From assembly GCA_045534325.1 (NCBI GenBank), contig JAZSJM010000037.1:1-58887 (forward strand): a stretch of DNA of 58,887 bases, given 5' to 3'. The notes beneath the pieces are model-generated. The model ran no database searches. It saw only the letters and a program-made list of their open reading frames with translations, and was not told where the DNA came from. Below are positions 29,254 to 38,437 of the stretch, piece by piece. Each line of letters starts with the position of its first letter. The stretch's first letter is position 1. Origin of the DNA: Treponema sp. Lineage in GTDB: Bacteria; Spirochaetota; Spirochaetia; Treponematales; Treponemataceae. The position numbers and the translations under genes were made by a program.

Positions 29254-30198
29254 CTAAAGTCCCGTTCCCTCGTCAATACCCATCATAATGTTCATGCACT
29301 GAACGGCGGCTCCGCTGGCACCCTTGCCAAGATTGTCAAGGCGACTTGTAACAACAAGACGTTCATCGTTTCCATAAACAAAAATCTGCATGTTATTTGT
29401 GCCCTCAAGTGTATTTGCAGGAATAAAGCTTTCTGTAAGGATTCCTTCACCTAAAAAATCAGCTGCTTTTACAAAACGGCTTGAATTATAGTAATCTTTA
29501 TACATTTGGGCGAGTTGTGGACCTGTAAGTTTTTTTTCCATAAGACGAGTATGAAGACCTACAGTTACCGTCATTCCAGCAAAATAATCGCAAACATACG
29601 GAGTAAAAATCGGTTTATAAGTCAATCCGCTGACCTTTTGCATCTCTGGCAAATGCTTGTGTTCTTGAGTGAGTGCATAAAGGCGGGGAGAATCCAGTTC
29701 CTTTGGACGATCAGATGCTTCGTATTGGGCAATAGCTTTTTTTCCTGCCCCTGAGTATCCCGAAACAGCGTGGCAGACAACAGGATAATCCGGAGAAATA
29801 ATTCCCTTTTTTACCAGAGGATACACTATGGAAGCAAAGCCAGAAGCATAGCAGCCAGGAGTTGCAACACGATTAGAGGAAACAATTTTTTCGCGATGTT
29901 CTTTTGAGAGTTCCGGAAAACCGTATGCCCAGTCAGGATTTGTTCTGTGTGCTGTAGATGCATCTATAATTCGCACTTTTGGATTTGTGCACAAAGAAAC
30001 AGCTTCTATGCTTGCAGCATCAGGCAAACACAAAAAAGTAAAATCAGAAGCATTTATCATTTTGGCGCGCTCTGCACTGTCCTTACGTTTTTCGTCGTCG
30101 ATAAGTAAAAGTTCAATATCGTCGCGGTTCTGGAATCGCTCATAAATCTTAAGGCCTGTTGTTCCTTCCTTTCCGTCAATAAAAACTTTGTATGCCAT
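29254..30198 (-). CDS. argC: N-acetyl-gamma-glutamyl-phosphate reductase (type 2)
   Basis: FIDGKEGTTGL, DASTAHR, PGCYASG, VSGYSGAG, DNLGKGASG. Confidence 0.95.
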   Translation of the reverse strand: MAYKVFIDGKEGTTGLKIYERFQNRDDIELLLIDDEKRKDSAERAKMINASDFTFLCLPDAASIEAVSLCTNPKVRIIDASTAHRTNPDWAYGFPELSKEHREKIVSSNRVATPGCYASGFASIVYPLVKKGIISPDYPVVCHAVSGYSGAGKKAIAQYEASDRPKELDSPRLYALTQEHKHLPEMQKVSGLTYKPIFTPYVCDYFAGMTVTVGLHTRLMEKKLTGPQLAQMYKDYYNSSRFVKAADFLGEGILTESFIPANTLEGTNNMQIFVYGNDERLVVTSRLDNLGKGASGAAVQCMNIMMGIDEGTGL

Positions 30199-30269
30199 TT
30201 TTTGACTCCTGCTTTTTGCTGAATAATTAATTCGATTATAAAAAGAATAAAACTATTATTCTAGTAATA

Positions 30270-30292
30270 AATTTGATAATAATTCTCAAATT
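30270..30292. promoter_or_regulatory. Fur-family operator 1
   Basis: AATTTGATAAT-A-ATTCTCAAATT palindrome with a 7-1-7 TGATAATnATTCTCA core, just upstream of TTGACG (-35). Confidence 0.8.
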
Positions 30293-30319
30293 CTATTGAC
30301 GAACAAAATTAAATTCATT

Positions 30320-30342
30320 AATTTGAAAATCGTTATCAAATT
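30320..30342. promoter_or_regulatory. Fur-family operator 2
   Basis: AATTTGAAAAT-C-GTTATCAAATT, exactly 50 bp after operator 1 and overlapping the putative -10 (TAATTT). Confidence 0.75.
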
Positions 30343-30352
30343 GGAATAATAA

Positions 30353-30784
30353 ATGCAAAAATCACCCTACAAAACAAGACAGCAGGAATTACTCTTCTCT
30401 TATTTACAGCAGGTAAAGGGTCAACATTTTACCGTAGATGATGTATGCAGTTATTTTAAAAATAAAAATATTGCAATCGGAACGGCAACAATCTACCGCC
30501 AGCTGGAAAAATTTGTTGCAGAAGGAAAAATTCATAAATATTTTATCGATGAACACTCGGCTGCATGTTTTGAGTATTCTGGAGAAGATTGTTCTAAAGC
30601 AGACTCGCATTTTCACCTTAAATGTGAAGTTTGCGGTAAACTTATGCATCTTGAATGTGAAGAACTGGAAGAACTTGGAAGTCATCTAAAAAACGAGCAT
30701 GGTTTTAATATCAATCCTCTTAGAACTGTTTTTTATGGTGTCTGCAATGATTGTAAGAAAAGGGGGGATAAACTAGATGACTAA
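30353..30784 (+). CDS. Fur-family metalloregulator (probably Zur-like by context)
   Basis: HFT.DD, IG.ATIYRQL, HFHLKCEVCG, YGVCNDC. Confidence 0.9.
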   Translation: MQKSPYKTRQQELLFSYLQQVKGQHFTVDDVCSYFKNKNIAIGTATIYRQLEKFVAEGKIHKYFIDEHSAACFEYSGEDCSKADSHFHLKCEVCGKLMHLECEELEELGSHLKNEHGFNINPLRTVFYGVCNDCKKRGDKLDD

Positions 30785-31076
30785 AAATTCCCTTAAGTTT
30801 TTTTCTAAAACAGTTGCAATTCTGCTCACAGTTTTTTTATTTTTTGCTGTATTTTTTGAGATTAATCATGCAGGACACGAGGAAGAATGTCATGAAGACG
30901 GATGTCTTGTGTGCATGGTGCTGAATATAATTCATAACATAAATAAAAATCTTCTTACCGTTTTTGCTGCATCGGAGAAAGTTTTTTATCAATCTGTTAT
31001 TTTGTCCTTTGGTTTTTCTGCCTTATTATTTAGACCTTGTACCCTGGTAAGCCGAAAAATCAAACTTACAATTTAA
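30777..31076 (+). CDS. Small membrane/exported His-Cys protein, candidate regulatory leader
   Basis: N-terminal hydrophobic helix, HAGHEEECHEDGCLVC, C-terminal TLVSRKIKLTI; AGGGGGA RBS; overlaps the fur stop. Confidence 0.7.
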   Translation: MTKNSLKFFSKTVAILLTVFLFFAVFFEINHAGHEEECHEDGCLVCMVLNIIHNINKNLLTVFAASEKVFYQSVILSFGFSALLFRPCTLVSRKIKLTI

Positions 31077-31150
31077 AATTTCTCTCAACTTACGATTTAC
31101 GATAAAAAGTAGCCCAGATTTTCGGCTACTAAGAAGAGGAAATTTTAAAT
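31071..31150 (+). promoter_or_regulatory. Stem sequestering the RBS/start of the COG0523 gene
   Basis: ATTTAAAATTTC-TCT (31071-31085) pairs with AGA-G-GAAATTTTAAAT (31135-31150); inner AGTAGCC/GGCTACT hairpin. Confidence 0.7.
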
Positions 31151-32297
31151 GAAAACGAAGAATAAAAAACCTGTAGTTTTAATTACAGGATATCTTGGTT
31201 CGGGTAAAACTACTTTATTAAATAATCTATTAAAACAAGAAACCCGTCGCGTTGCCCTGATTGTAAATGATATGGGAAGCATTAATGTAGACGCTGAGAT
31301 ATTAAAAAAAGACGGAGCAAATGTTGCAGAATGTCCGATGTTTGAGCTACAGAATGGCTGTATCTGCTGTACCCTCCGCGATGAATTTATTCAGCAGATT
31401 GAAAAAATTTCTGCAATTGACAGTGTAGAGGTTGTCTTTGTAGAAGCTTCGGGTATTTCTGACCCGGGTGCTGTTTCTGCCAGTTTTTTAGCTTATGAAG
31501 AAGATAATCCTGACACAAATGTTTATCTAACATCTGTCGTTACAGTTGTTGATGCAGACAGAATTTATCGGGAATTTTTAAGTGATTTAAAAAAGAAAAA
31601 TAAAGAAAAAGATTCCCTTGATGAAAACAATTTAACTTCAGAAGAAATTTCTACCTTAATCGTAGACCAGATTGAATTCTGCAATTTTATTGTTTTAAAC
31701 AAGTGTGATTTACTAGAAGACAGTCAACTCAAAGAGGTAGAGGCTATTGTTCGCGAATTCCAGACAAAAGCTCCGATTTACCGCAGTGTGAACGGTTCAA
31801 TCGAGTTATCTAAAATTACGACAAAAGAACCTTTTAATTTTGAGCAGATTGATTCTTCTTCCGCAATTCAAAAAGCAATCAACAGCTTAAATCAAAAATC
31901 AAACGGCTGCACAGATGAATACGGAATTTCCTCTTTTGTTTATGAAGAAAGACGTCCATTCAATCGTAAAAAATTTGCAGATTTTGTGAACAATCGCTAC
32001 CCGAAAGAGTTAATCCGGGCAAAAGGGTATATATGGTTTTCTGATAGCGATGCAGATGTTCAGCTTTTTGAGCAGGCGGGGCGTAATTCTTCAGTAATGG
32101 AAGTTTCTTACTGGATAGATGCTTTAGTTGAAGAACAGAAGCAGGCTTATATTGCAGATAATCCTGATATTAAAGATAACTGGGATGAACAGTTTGGTGA
32201 CAGAGAAAATCAGATTGTCTTTATTGGTAAAGGATATAATCAGCAGGAAATTATAGCTGAATTAGAAAAATGCCTGGATGAAAAGGCAATAGCGTAA
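31149..32297 (+). CDS. COG0523/CobW-family G3E GTPase zinc metallochaperone
   Basis: TGYLGSGKTT, IVNDMG, NGCICC, VEASG, LNKCD, IRAKG, WD..FGDR.NQIVFIG. Confidence 0.93.
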   Translation: MKTKNKKPVVLITGYLGSGKTTLLNNLLKQETRRVALIVNDMGSINVDAEILKKDGANVAECPMFELQNGCICCTLRDEFIQQIEKISAIDSVEVVFVEASGISDPGAVSASFLAYEEDNPDTNVYLTSVVTVVDADRIYREFLSDLKKKNKEKDSLDENNLTSEEISTLIVDQIEFCNFIVLNKCDLLEDSQLKEVEAIVREFQTKAPIYRSVNGSIELSKITTKEPFNFEQIDSSSAIQKAINSLNQKSNGCTDEYGISSFVYEERRPFNRKKFADFVNNRYPKELIRAKGYIWFSDSDADVQLFEQAGRNSSVMEVSYWIDALVEEQKQAYIADNPDIKDNWDEQFGDRENQIVFIGKGYNQQEIIAELEKCLDEKAIA

Positions 32298-32320
32298 AAC
32301 TTTTTTATAGGAGAAAAATT

Positions 32321-33337
32321 ATGAAAATAAATAAAATAATCGCAGTAGTTGGAGTAGTATTTACATTAGGCATGTTCAGTGCATGTAATGAAAAAAAAGT
32401 AAACTCAAATAAAAACTTAAAAGTTGTTACTACGATTTTCCCAGAATATGACTGGGCACGACAGATTATCGGTGAAAAGGCTGATGATGTGGAGCTTACT
32501 CTGCTCTTGGACAACGGTGTGGATTTGCACTCTTACCAGCCCAGCGTAAAGGACATCGCAAAAATTCAGAACTCAGATATTTTTATTTATGTCGGTGGCG
32601 AAAGCGATGAATGGGTTGAAGATGTTTTAGAAAATTCAACAAATAAAGCACAAAAGGCTATAAATCTTCTTGAAGTCCTGGGCGACCGGGTTAAGGCTGA
32701 GGAAATTGTTGAGGGAATGGAGCATGAACACCATCACGGGCATGGACATCATGAACACGAGGGAGAGCATCACGACGAACATAGCCACGGCCATGAGGAA
32801 GAACTTGATGAGCATGTCTGGCTTTCCCTCAAAAACGCCCAGAATCTCACAGTTGCAATTGCAGATGCTCTCTGTCAGGCTGATTCAAAAAATGCAGTAA
32901 TCTATAAGAATAATCTTGCTGCTTACAATAAAAAACTGGCCGATTTGGACGCAAAATATGAAGCTGTCGTAAAGGACGGAAGCAAAAATACCCTTCTTTT
33001 TGGAGACCGCTTTCCATTCCGTTACCTTGTTGAAGATTATGGTTTAAAGTACTTTGCGGCTTTTAGTGGTTGTTCCGCAGAAAGCGAAGCAAGTTTTGAA
33101 ACAGTTGCATTTCTTTCTAAAAAAGTAGATGAACTGGCCTTGGAAAACGTATGCAAAATCGAAGGCGGAAGCGATAAACTTGCAAAAACAATTATTTCAA
33201 ACACAAATAATAAAAACGCAAATGTTCTTGTACTCGATTCTTTACAGTCAACAACTTCTAAGCAGATAAAAAATGGCGCCACATATCTTGGTGCAATGGA
33301 AGAAAACCTTAAAGTATTAAAAGAAGCGCTAAAATAA
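32321..33337 (+). CDS. znuA: ZnuA/AdcA-type metal ABC substrate-binding lipoprotein
   Basis: Lipobox FSAC, DLHSYQP, His-rich loop HEHHHGHGHHEHEGEHHDEHSHGH, DEHVWLS. Confidence 0.88.
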   Translation: MKINKIIAVVGVVFTLGMFSACNEKKVNSNKNLKVVTTIFPEYDWARQIIGEKADDVELTLLLDNGVDLHSYQPSVKDIAKIQNSDIFIYVGGESDEWVEDVLENSTNKAQKAINLLEVLGDRVKAEEIVEGMEHEHHHGHGHHEHEGEHHDEHSHGHEEELDEHVWLSLKNAQNLTVAIADALCQADSKNAVIYKNNLAAYNKKLADLDAKYEAVVKDGSKNTLLFGDRFPFRYLVEDYGLKYFAAFSGCSAESEASFETVAFLSKKVDELALENVCKIEGGSDKLAKTIISNTNNKNANVLVLDSLQSTTSKQIKNGATYLGAMEENLKVLKEALK

Positions 33338-33339
33338 AC

Positions 33340-33422
33340 GCAAAAGGGATTGTAGCGGCGGCGAAGCCGTTTTGCAGTTATGGTGGTTGAGTTTTGTCGA
33401 AACCTTCATAGCTGCACAAATG
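33340..33422 (+). repeat. Truncated structured repeat copy E5 (5' part only)
   Basis: AGGGATTGTAGCGGCGGCGAAGCCGTT...AAATG parallels E8, but the closing TAACC.CG.AAAGCCC arm is absent. Confidence 0.7.
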
Positions 33423-33450
33423 TTTTTCAATGACATCTAAGTCAAAAAAC

Positions 33451-34380
33451 TTAATTAAATTTTCCGTAATTTTCCGCTGCCTGCTCAACAGTCATGTTCC
33501 CGGTCATAACCTGCTGAACGGCGGTGCGCATCTGGGCAATTGCACTGTCAATAAGTCCCAGCTCTCCAAGATATATTGGGGTAGACTTACTCAGTTGGGC
33601 ATAAACTTCGTCAAAGGAATAATCTTTTGATACTGTAATAAGACGCTTGATTTTTGCAAGATTGTTGAGTTCCTCTGTTCTTACAAGAAAACGCATGAAT
33701 TCATCCGCCATATCAAGATTTTTAGACTTCTTGTTCACGGAAAATCCTACAGAAACATTGTTTACAAAACAACTGTTTTGATCCGTGGCTGGAAAAATGC
33801 GGAAGCTGTATTTAAAAGGATTATTTATAAAAGCCTGTGACTGAGCTTCCCTTTTTAAGGTTCCTGAAACTATGTCTGTATCACAGAGCATTATTGGAAT
33901 GTTTCCTTCAAAAAAAGTCATGATTACTTCATTGTATTTATCTTTAAGGGTACGGCACTGGTCAAGGTCAATAAGTCCCTCTTCCATAAAGCTTTTTGCC
34001 CATTCCAGCGCTGGCTTTAAGTATTGTCCGGCCTCAGGGGTAAGCTGATTGAGCATTGGAACAGCTTCAGAATTATTCTGAATGGATTTACAGAAATAAG
34101 AATAAATCAGAGGAAGCCCCATAAAATTGTCTGCATAAACCATAATGGGACTTTTGTAACCGGCGGCTTTCAGTTTGTTGCAGGCTGTAACAAGAGCTGA
34201 GTATGTTTGAGGAAGCTCAATTCCTTCTTTTTTGAAAATATCTTCGTTTACCATCATTCCGTAGGAGCCGGAAAGAACTGGAACCATGGGAGTTCTGCCA
34301 TCTGCCGTGTGCTCAATAAGCTCACTTCTGATTGTGGAAAGATTAAAGCCCAGGGCTTTTTCATCAGATAAATTATAATA
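33451..34380 (-). pseudogene. C-terminal fragment of a sugar ABC substrate-binding protein
   Basis: GMMVNEDIFKKEGIELPQTYSALV, GFSVNKKSKN..A.EFMRFL; the frame runs upstream of ATG 34287 to a stop near 34410 with no signal peptide or lipobox. Confidence 0.7.
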
Positions 34381-34462
34381 TACAAAGTCCCAAAAATCGA
34401 TATTTTTTTATTATGCTAGAAATATCATATTTCTAAACTTTATGAACTTCCGATAATATAAT

Positions 34463-35800
34463 ATGAAAAACTTTTTATTCTCTGTAATTTTTTTCTCAGC
34501 CGTGTCTCTTTTGTTTTGTCAGGAGACCCATTTCCCAGTTTCACTTTCTTATTCAGGATCTGGCGGATACTCACTTGTTGAACGCACTAATCTCCGGCGC
34601 TATGTAAACGGAAAATACGTTGGACTTACCAGTCGCGAAGTCCGCTCATTTATCAGTCCGAGCCTTCCTCCCAGCAAAAAATTTATGGCCAAAGGAAGCA
34701 TGTTTGAACACGACCAGTGGTATGACGGAAGTTTTTATGTAATGGAAGAAACTTTGCGCAATAACCAGGCCGCTGCCGCAGGTGTTCACGAAGCAATTCA
34801 ATCAGTTTTTCATATTTCGCCGGATGGCCGCCTGACAATGTACAAAGATAACGGCTATCCAAGTTACAGGAGTTTTCCAGCTTATGGAGCAGATTTGGTA
34901 AAAGCCGGAGACTCATGGCAAGCAAGGGCCGAGCGTTCGGTAGACCCCATGAATAAGGGCGTTTTTACCCGAATGCCGATGCTCGTTATGTATACCTTTG
35001 CAGGAAGCGAAGTGTACAAGGGAAAAGACGTTTATCGAATCAAGGCCATCTGGCAGACTTCTTATGGCCCGTCTGACTATGATGTGCGCGGAGATGGGTC
35101 CCTCAAAAAGGCGACAGGAGGCCACAAGGCAGATATCATAGTTCTCAAGTCCACCTGCGAACCGATTCTTGTAATCGACAATACCGACGAAACCTTCGTT
35201 TATTCGGACGGAACCCAGATAAATTTTAAGGGAACAATTACACTCTTTACGGAATTTCCTCCGGCAGTTGATACCGAAAAAATCGTTACAGCCCTCAACC
35301 GTGTTGCAACCGTTGCCCCGCAGACAGGCGGCTCTGGAAGCGGCGCTATTTTGGGCATTGATTCAACATCAGCCGCTAATTCAACCGTAAAAGACACTTC
35401 CCCAGCAGGTACTGCATTACCTGCAAAAAATAACATTATTGCCGAGGAGACAACGGCAGGAATCCGCTTAAGCATTCGCGACATAAAATTTGCACCTGAC
35501 AGTGCACAGCTTTTACCTGGAGAAACTGAAAGACTTGACCAAATTGCCGATGTCCTGAAACTTGCTCCAAATTCTCAATTTTTAATAGAAGGTCATACGG
35601 CAAGCGTTGGAAGACCTGAAGGCGAAAAACAGCTTTCAATCGAGCGTGCAAAGCAAATTGCCCGGGAACTTGCCGACCGCGGCATCACAGGCGATAGATT
35701 TATCTGCCGCGGATGGGGCGGAACAAAACCTGTGGCAGGCAATGATACAGAGGAAGGTCGTGCTCAGAATAGACGCGTGGAAATAACGATATTGGAATAA
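34463..35800 (+). CDS. OmpA-family peptidoglycan-binding protein with unknown N-terminal domain
   Basis: C-terminal IKFAPDSA, IEGHTA, LSIERA, NRRVEITILE; signal peptide. Confidence 0.88.
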   Translation: MKNFLFSVIFFSAVSLLFCQETHFPVSLSYSGSGGYSLVERTNLRRYVNGKYVGLTSREVRSFISPSLPPSKKFMAKGSMFEHDQWYDGSFYVMEETLRNNQAAAAGVHEAIQSVFHISPDGRLTMYKDNGYPSYRSFPAYGADLVKAGDSWQARAERSVDPMNKGVFTRMPMLVMYTFAGSEVYKGKDVYRIKAIWQTSYGPSDYDVRGDGSLKKATGGHKADIIVLKSTCEPILVIDNTDETFVYSDGTQINFKGTITLFTEFPPAVDTEKIVTALNRVATVAPQTGGSGSGAILGIDSTSAANSTVKDTSPAGTALPAKNNIIAEETTAGIRLSIRDIKFAPDSAQLLPGETERLDQIADVLKLAPNSQFLIEGHTASVGRPEGEKQLSIERAKQIARELADRGITGDRFICRGWGGTKPVAGNDTEEGRAQNRRVEITILE

Positions 35801-35861
35801 CAAATTTATAAATAATGTTGTTTTAAATGGAAAACCATATTTTATAAATTATAATTAGAAT

Positions 35862-36947
35862 ATGTTTTCAATCAAAAGATATCTTTCTATGCTTTCGTTC
35901 AATAAGAAAGATTATAATGAGCTTAAATCCTCAATAAGAGAAAATAACTATCGGGTTGTACGCTCCTTACTTTTGATTGTTACTATACTTTTTTCCTTAC
36001 TGTATACACTTTCCTATCTTTTAACAAATGACGTTACCCTTAGAAATAAGTATGTATACCAGTTTTTCTTAGCGGCTTATCTTTGTTTATATTTGCTTAC
36101 AGGTTTTATCGCTAAAAAACACACTAAATGGGTAATGGTTTTTGTATACATTTTTATGTTTTTAGGCCAAATACTCGGAATAATTATCGGTATAGTAAAA
36201 ATGCACGACCACCCGGCAATAACTTTTATCGTCCTTCAATTCGTAATGCCGATTTTATTTATTGACCGACCCTGGCGATTTACAATATTCAACTTTGTAT
36301 TTGCAACAATATTTTTGTATTTAGATTATAAAACAAAAGAATTCAACATATTCTTTCTGGATTTATCAAATCTTTCCAGCTTTTTTATCCTTGGCAATAT
36401 ATGTGGAAGATATTTTATCAACACAAAAATTCAAGGATTAAAGGCTGTAAAAATCATCGAAACAGAACGTGATACAGACTCAGTAACCGGAGTTCTTTCT
36501 AAGGCTGCTTTTATGCGAGAAATGGAACGTCTGTTTCAAAAAGATAGTTCCCAGGGAATTTTTTTGATGATAGACATCGATAATTTCAAACATTTTAACG
36601 ACACCTATGGACACGATGTAGGTGATCAGGTTCTTAATTCTCTTGGTGAATGTATGCGCCGTTCATTCCGTCAAGCAGATTTGCTCGGCCGTTTTGGAGG
36701 CGACGAGTTTTTTGTTTTTATTCCAGGAACAAATGATACTGATGTCGCTTTATACAGAGCAAAAAGACTTCAGATTCTTTTAAAAGATGATTTAAAACTT
36801 CCAGATTCAAATGCAAATGTAACTCTTAGCATTGGTATTTCCAATTGTAAAACCAAAAACGAAAATTACCAGAGTCTTTTTAAACGTGCTGATGAAGCAA
36901 TTTACGAAGCAAAAGCAGAGGGTAAAAATACAATTATAATAAAATAA
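35862..36947 (+). CDS. Membrane-bound diguanylate cyclase
   Basis: About 6 TM helices; DIDNFKHFNDTYGH, RFGGDEF, RQAD I-site-like. Confidence 0.92.
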   Translation: MFSIKRYLSMLSFNKKDYNELKSSIRENNYRVVRSLLLIVTILFSLLYTLSYLLTNDVTLRNKYVYQFFLAAYLCLYLLTGFIAKKHTKWVMVFVYIFMFLGQILGIIIGIVKMHDHPAITFIVLQFVMPILFIDRPWRFTIFNFVFATIFLYLDYKTKEFNIFFLDLSNLSSFFILGNICGRYFINTKIQGLKAVKIIETERDTDSVTGVLSKAAFMREMERLFQKDSSQGIFLMIDIDNFKHFNDTYGHDVGDQVLNSLGECMRRSFRQADLLGRFGGDEFFVFIPGTNDTDVALYRAKRLQILLKDDLKLPDSNANVTLSIGISNCKTKNENYQSLFKRADEAIYEAKAEGKNTIIIK

Positions 36948-36949
36948 GC

Positions 36950-37072
36950 GGGCGTTCGCCGTTCGCACTTTGTGCTCCCAGCGGCGGGCTTTACGCACTT
37001 ACGCTTTCGCTTCATCCGCCACTGCCCTTTTGCAGCGGCGGACTGCTTTGCAGGTGCTCCAATCCCTAACGC
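36950..37072 (-). repeat. Structured repeat copy E7
   Basis: Minus strand GCGTTAGGGATTGGAGCAC...GTGCGTAAAGCCCG...AACGCCC; supplies the TAG stop of the adjacent gene. Confidence 0.85.
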
Positions 37073-37863
37073 TCATGAAGAAGCGTTTTTGGAAAAATTT
37101 CGTTCTTGTGTATTTTACCAAGTTCATGCACAGACTGAATCACTGAAAGTTGTGGATTATTTTTTCTGAATTCTTTTAAATCGATTGCAAATCTATTCAT
37201 GGAAAAATGCTGAAAAACAAAAACGTTTTTCCACCATTCTTCTGCATAACTATTTAAGAGAACATCACGATAATCCGTAAAAATACCTTTATTCTTTAAT
37301 TCTGCATATCCCACAAGCCAAAGTTCTGGAACAAAATCATCTTTATCTGCCAAAACACATAAATTCTGGTGCAGTTCTGCTGTTTTTTTTGCCATCCACA
37401 CAAAACTTTCTTTAATTGCGTTTTGTAATTCTGGAGAAGCATTTTTTAAAATCTGTTTCAGGTGATTTGTTTTAGCCGAATGAAAAGGTGTTTTATTTAA
37501 GATGATTACATTTTTTCTAAAATCTGTTTTTAATTCCCTGTTCTTTTCAAAAAACCCGGCTGCAATTTTTCCTGCCTGTCCTACAAGGTATTTTTGATTC
37601 TTTTTCAGTTGCTCGTTCTTTCCAGGATTATCACCGATTACGATAAGATGAATTTCAGTTTTTTCTGTTATCTCATCTAAAGCGGTGTTGTATACTACTG
37701 GTGTCTCAACCAGATACTCAGGGGTATCTTTTTTTGCAGCGTCTTTTTGTAGAGGAATAAGTTCTTTTGCGTATTTATTATTTAAATCGTTGCAATAACT
37801 GCGGAATTCATTTCGAAAATAATCAAAAGAGTTAAACTGTGCCTTATTCATTTTTCTCTTCAA
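37066..37863 (-). CDS. Uracil-DNA glycosylase-like protein
   Basis: VIGDNPGKNE...LVGQAG resembles UDG family-4 motif A; QHFS sits in place of the motif B HPS. Confidence 0.55.
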   Translation of the reverse strand: MKRKMNKAQFNSFDYFRNEFRSYCNDLNNKYAKELIPLQKDAAKKDTPEYLVETPVVYNTALDEITEKTEIHLIVIGDNPGKNEQLKKNQKYLVGQAGKIAAGFFEKNRELKTDFRKNVIILNKTPFHSAKTNHLKQILKNASPELQNAIKESFVWMAKKTAELHQNLCVLADKDDFVPELWLVGYAELKNKGIFTDYRDVLLNSYAEEWWKNVFVFQHFSMNRFAIDLKEFRKNNPQLSVIQSVHELGKIHKNEIFPKTLLHER

Positions 37864-38428
37864 TAATAAAATTTTGCGAAGAACTTGTCATCAATATACC
37901 GTTGCTATAAGGTTTATGCAGGCTTGGAAAAAAATCATTTAAGACCCGAATTTCCTTAAAACCAAGGCTTTCGTAAATATGTTTTGCACCGCTCCATTCT
38001 TCGTTTACCAAAAGTAAAACTGTTTTTATTTTTGGCATGGAAGTACAGATTGAACAGAGGCTGTTGTAAAAAAATGGTTTTGCAAGATGGCGACTTCTGT
38101 ATTCTGGAAAAAGTGCAAACGAAGAAACATAAAGCACGGGCCCGTCCTGACAATGAACTTTAGAAGGCGAGTGCCCAAGTACAAAGAAATTATCATCATT
38201 TGGAATTGTATTCCATATCTCGCTGCAAAAATATCCGGCAGTTTGAGCATGTCCGGTTTTTAAAACGACTTCTTCAGAAGAATCCTGCAACAGCAGAAAC
38301 CCCTGAGGAAATACACAAAGGCGCTCTTCAAAAGTTTTCTGACTCTCTTGAATTGACGGAATAAAAGAAGCTCTTTCTATGTTCATTATTTGAGGAATAT
38401 CAAAACTTTTGGCAGGAACAATATTCAT
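37844..38428 (-). CDS. GNAT-family acetyltransferase
   Basis: DI..IMNIE..SF, YVSSFAL.PEYR.RHLA, A..IYESLGF; start moved to ATG 38428 because the longer ORF starts inside repeat E6. Confidence 0.8.
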   Translation of the reverse strand: MNIVPAKSFDIPQIMNIERASFIPSIQESQKTFEERLCVFPQGFLLLQDSSEEVVLKTGHAQTAGYFCSEIWNTIPNDDNFFVLGHSPSKVHCQDGPVLYVSSFALFPEYRSRHLAKPFFYNSLCSICTSMPKIKTVLLLVNEEWSGAKHIYESLGFKEIRVLNDFFPSLHKPYSNGILMTSSSQNFIIEEKNE

Positions 38429-38437
38429 TTTTTTCTT

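Noticed and set aside
32718-32815. His/Glu low-complexity repeat in znuA
   Set aside because: This is the ordinary His-rich loop of zinc-binding proteins, not a novel repeat.
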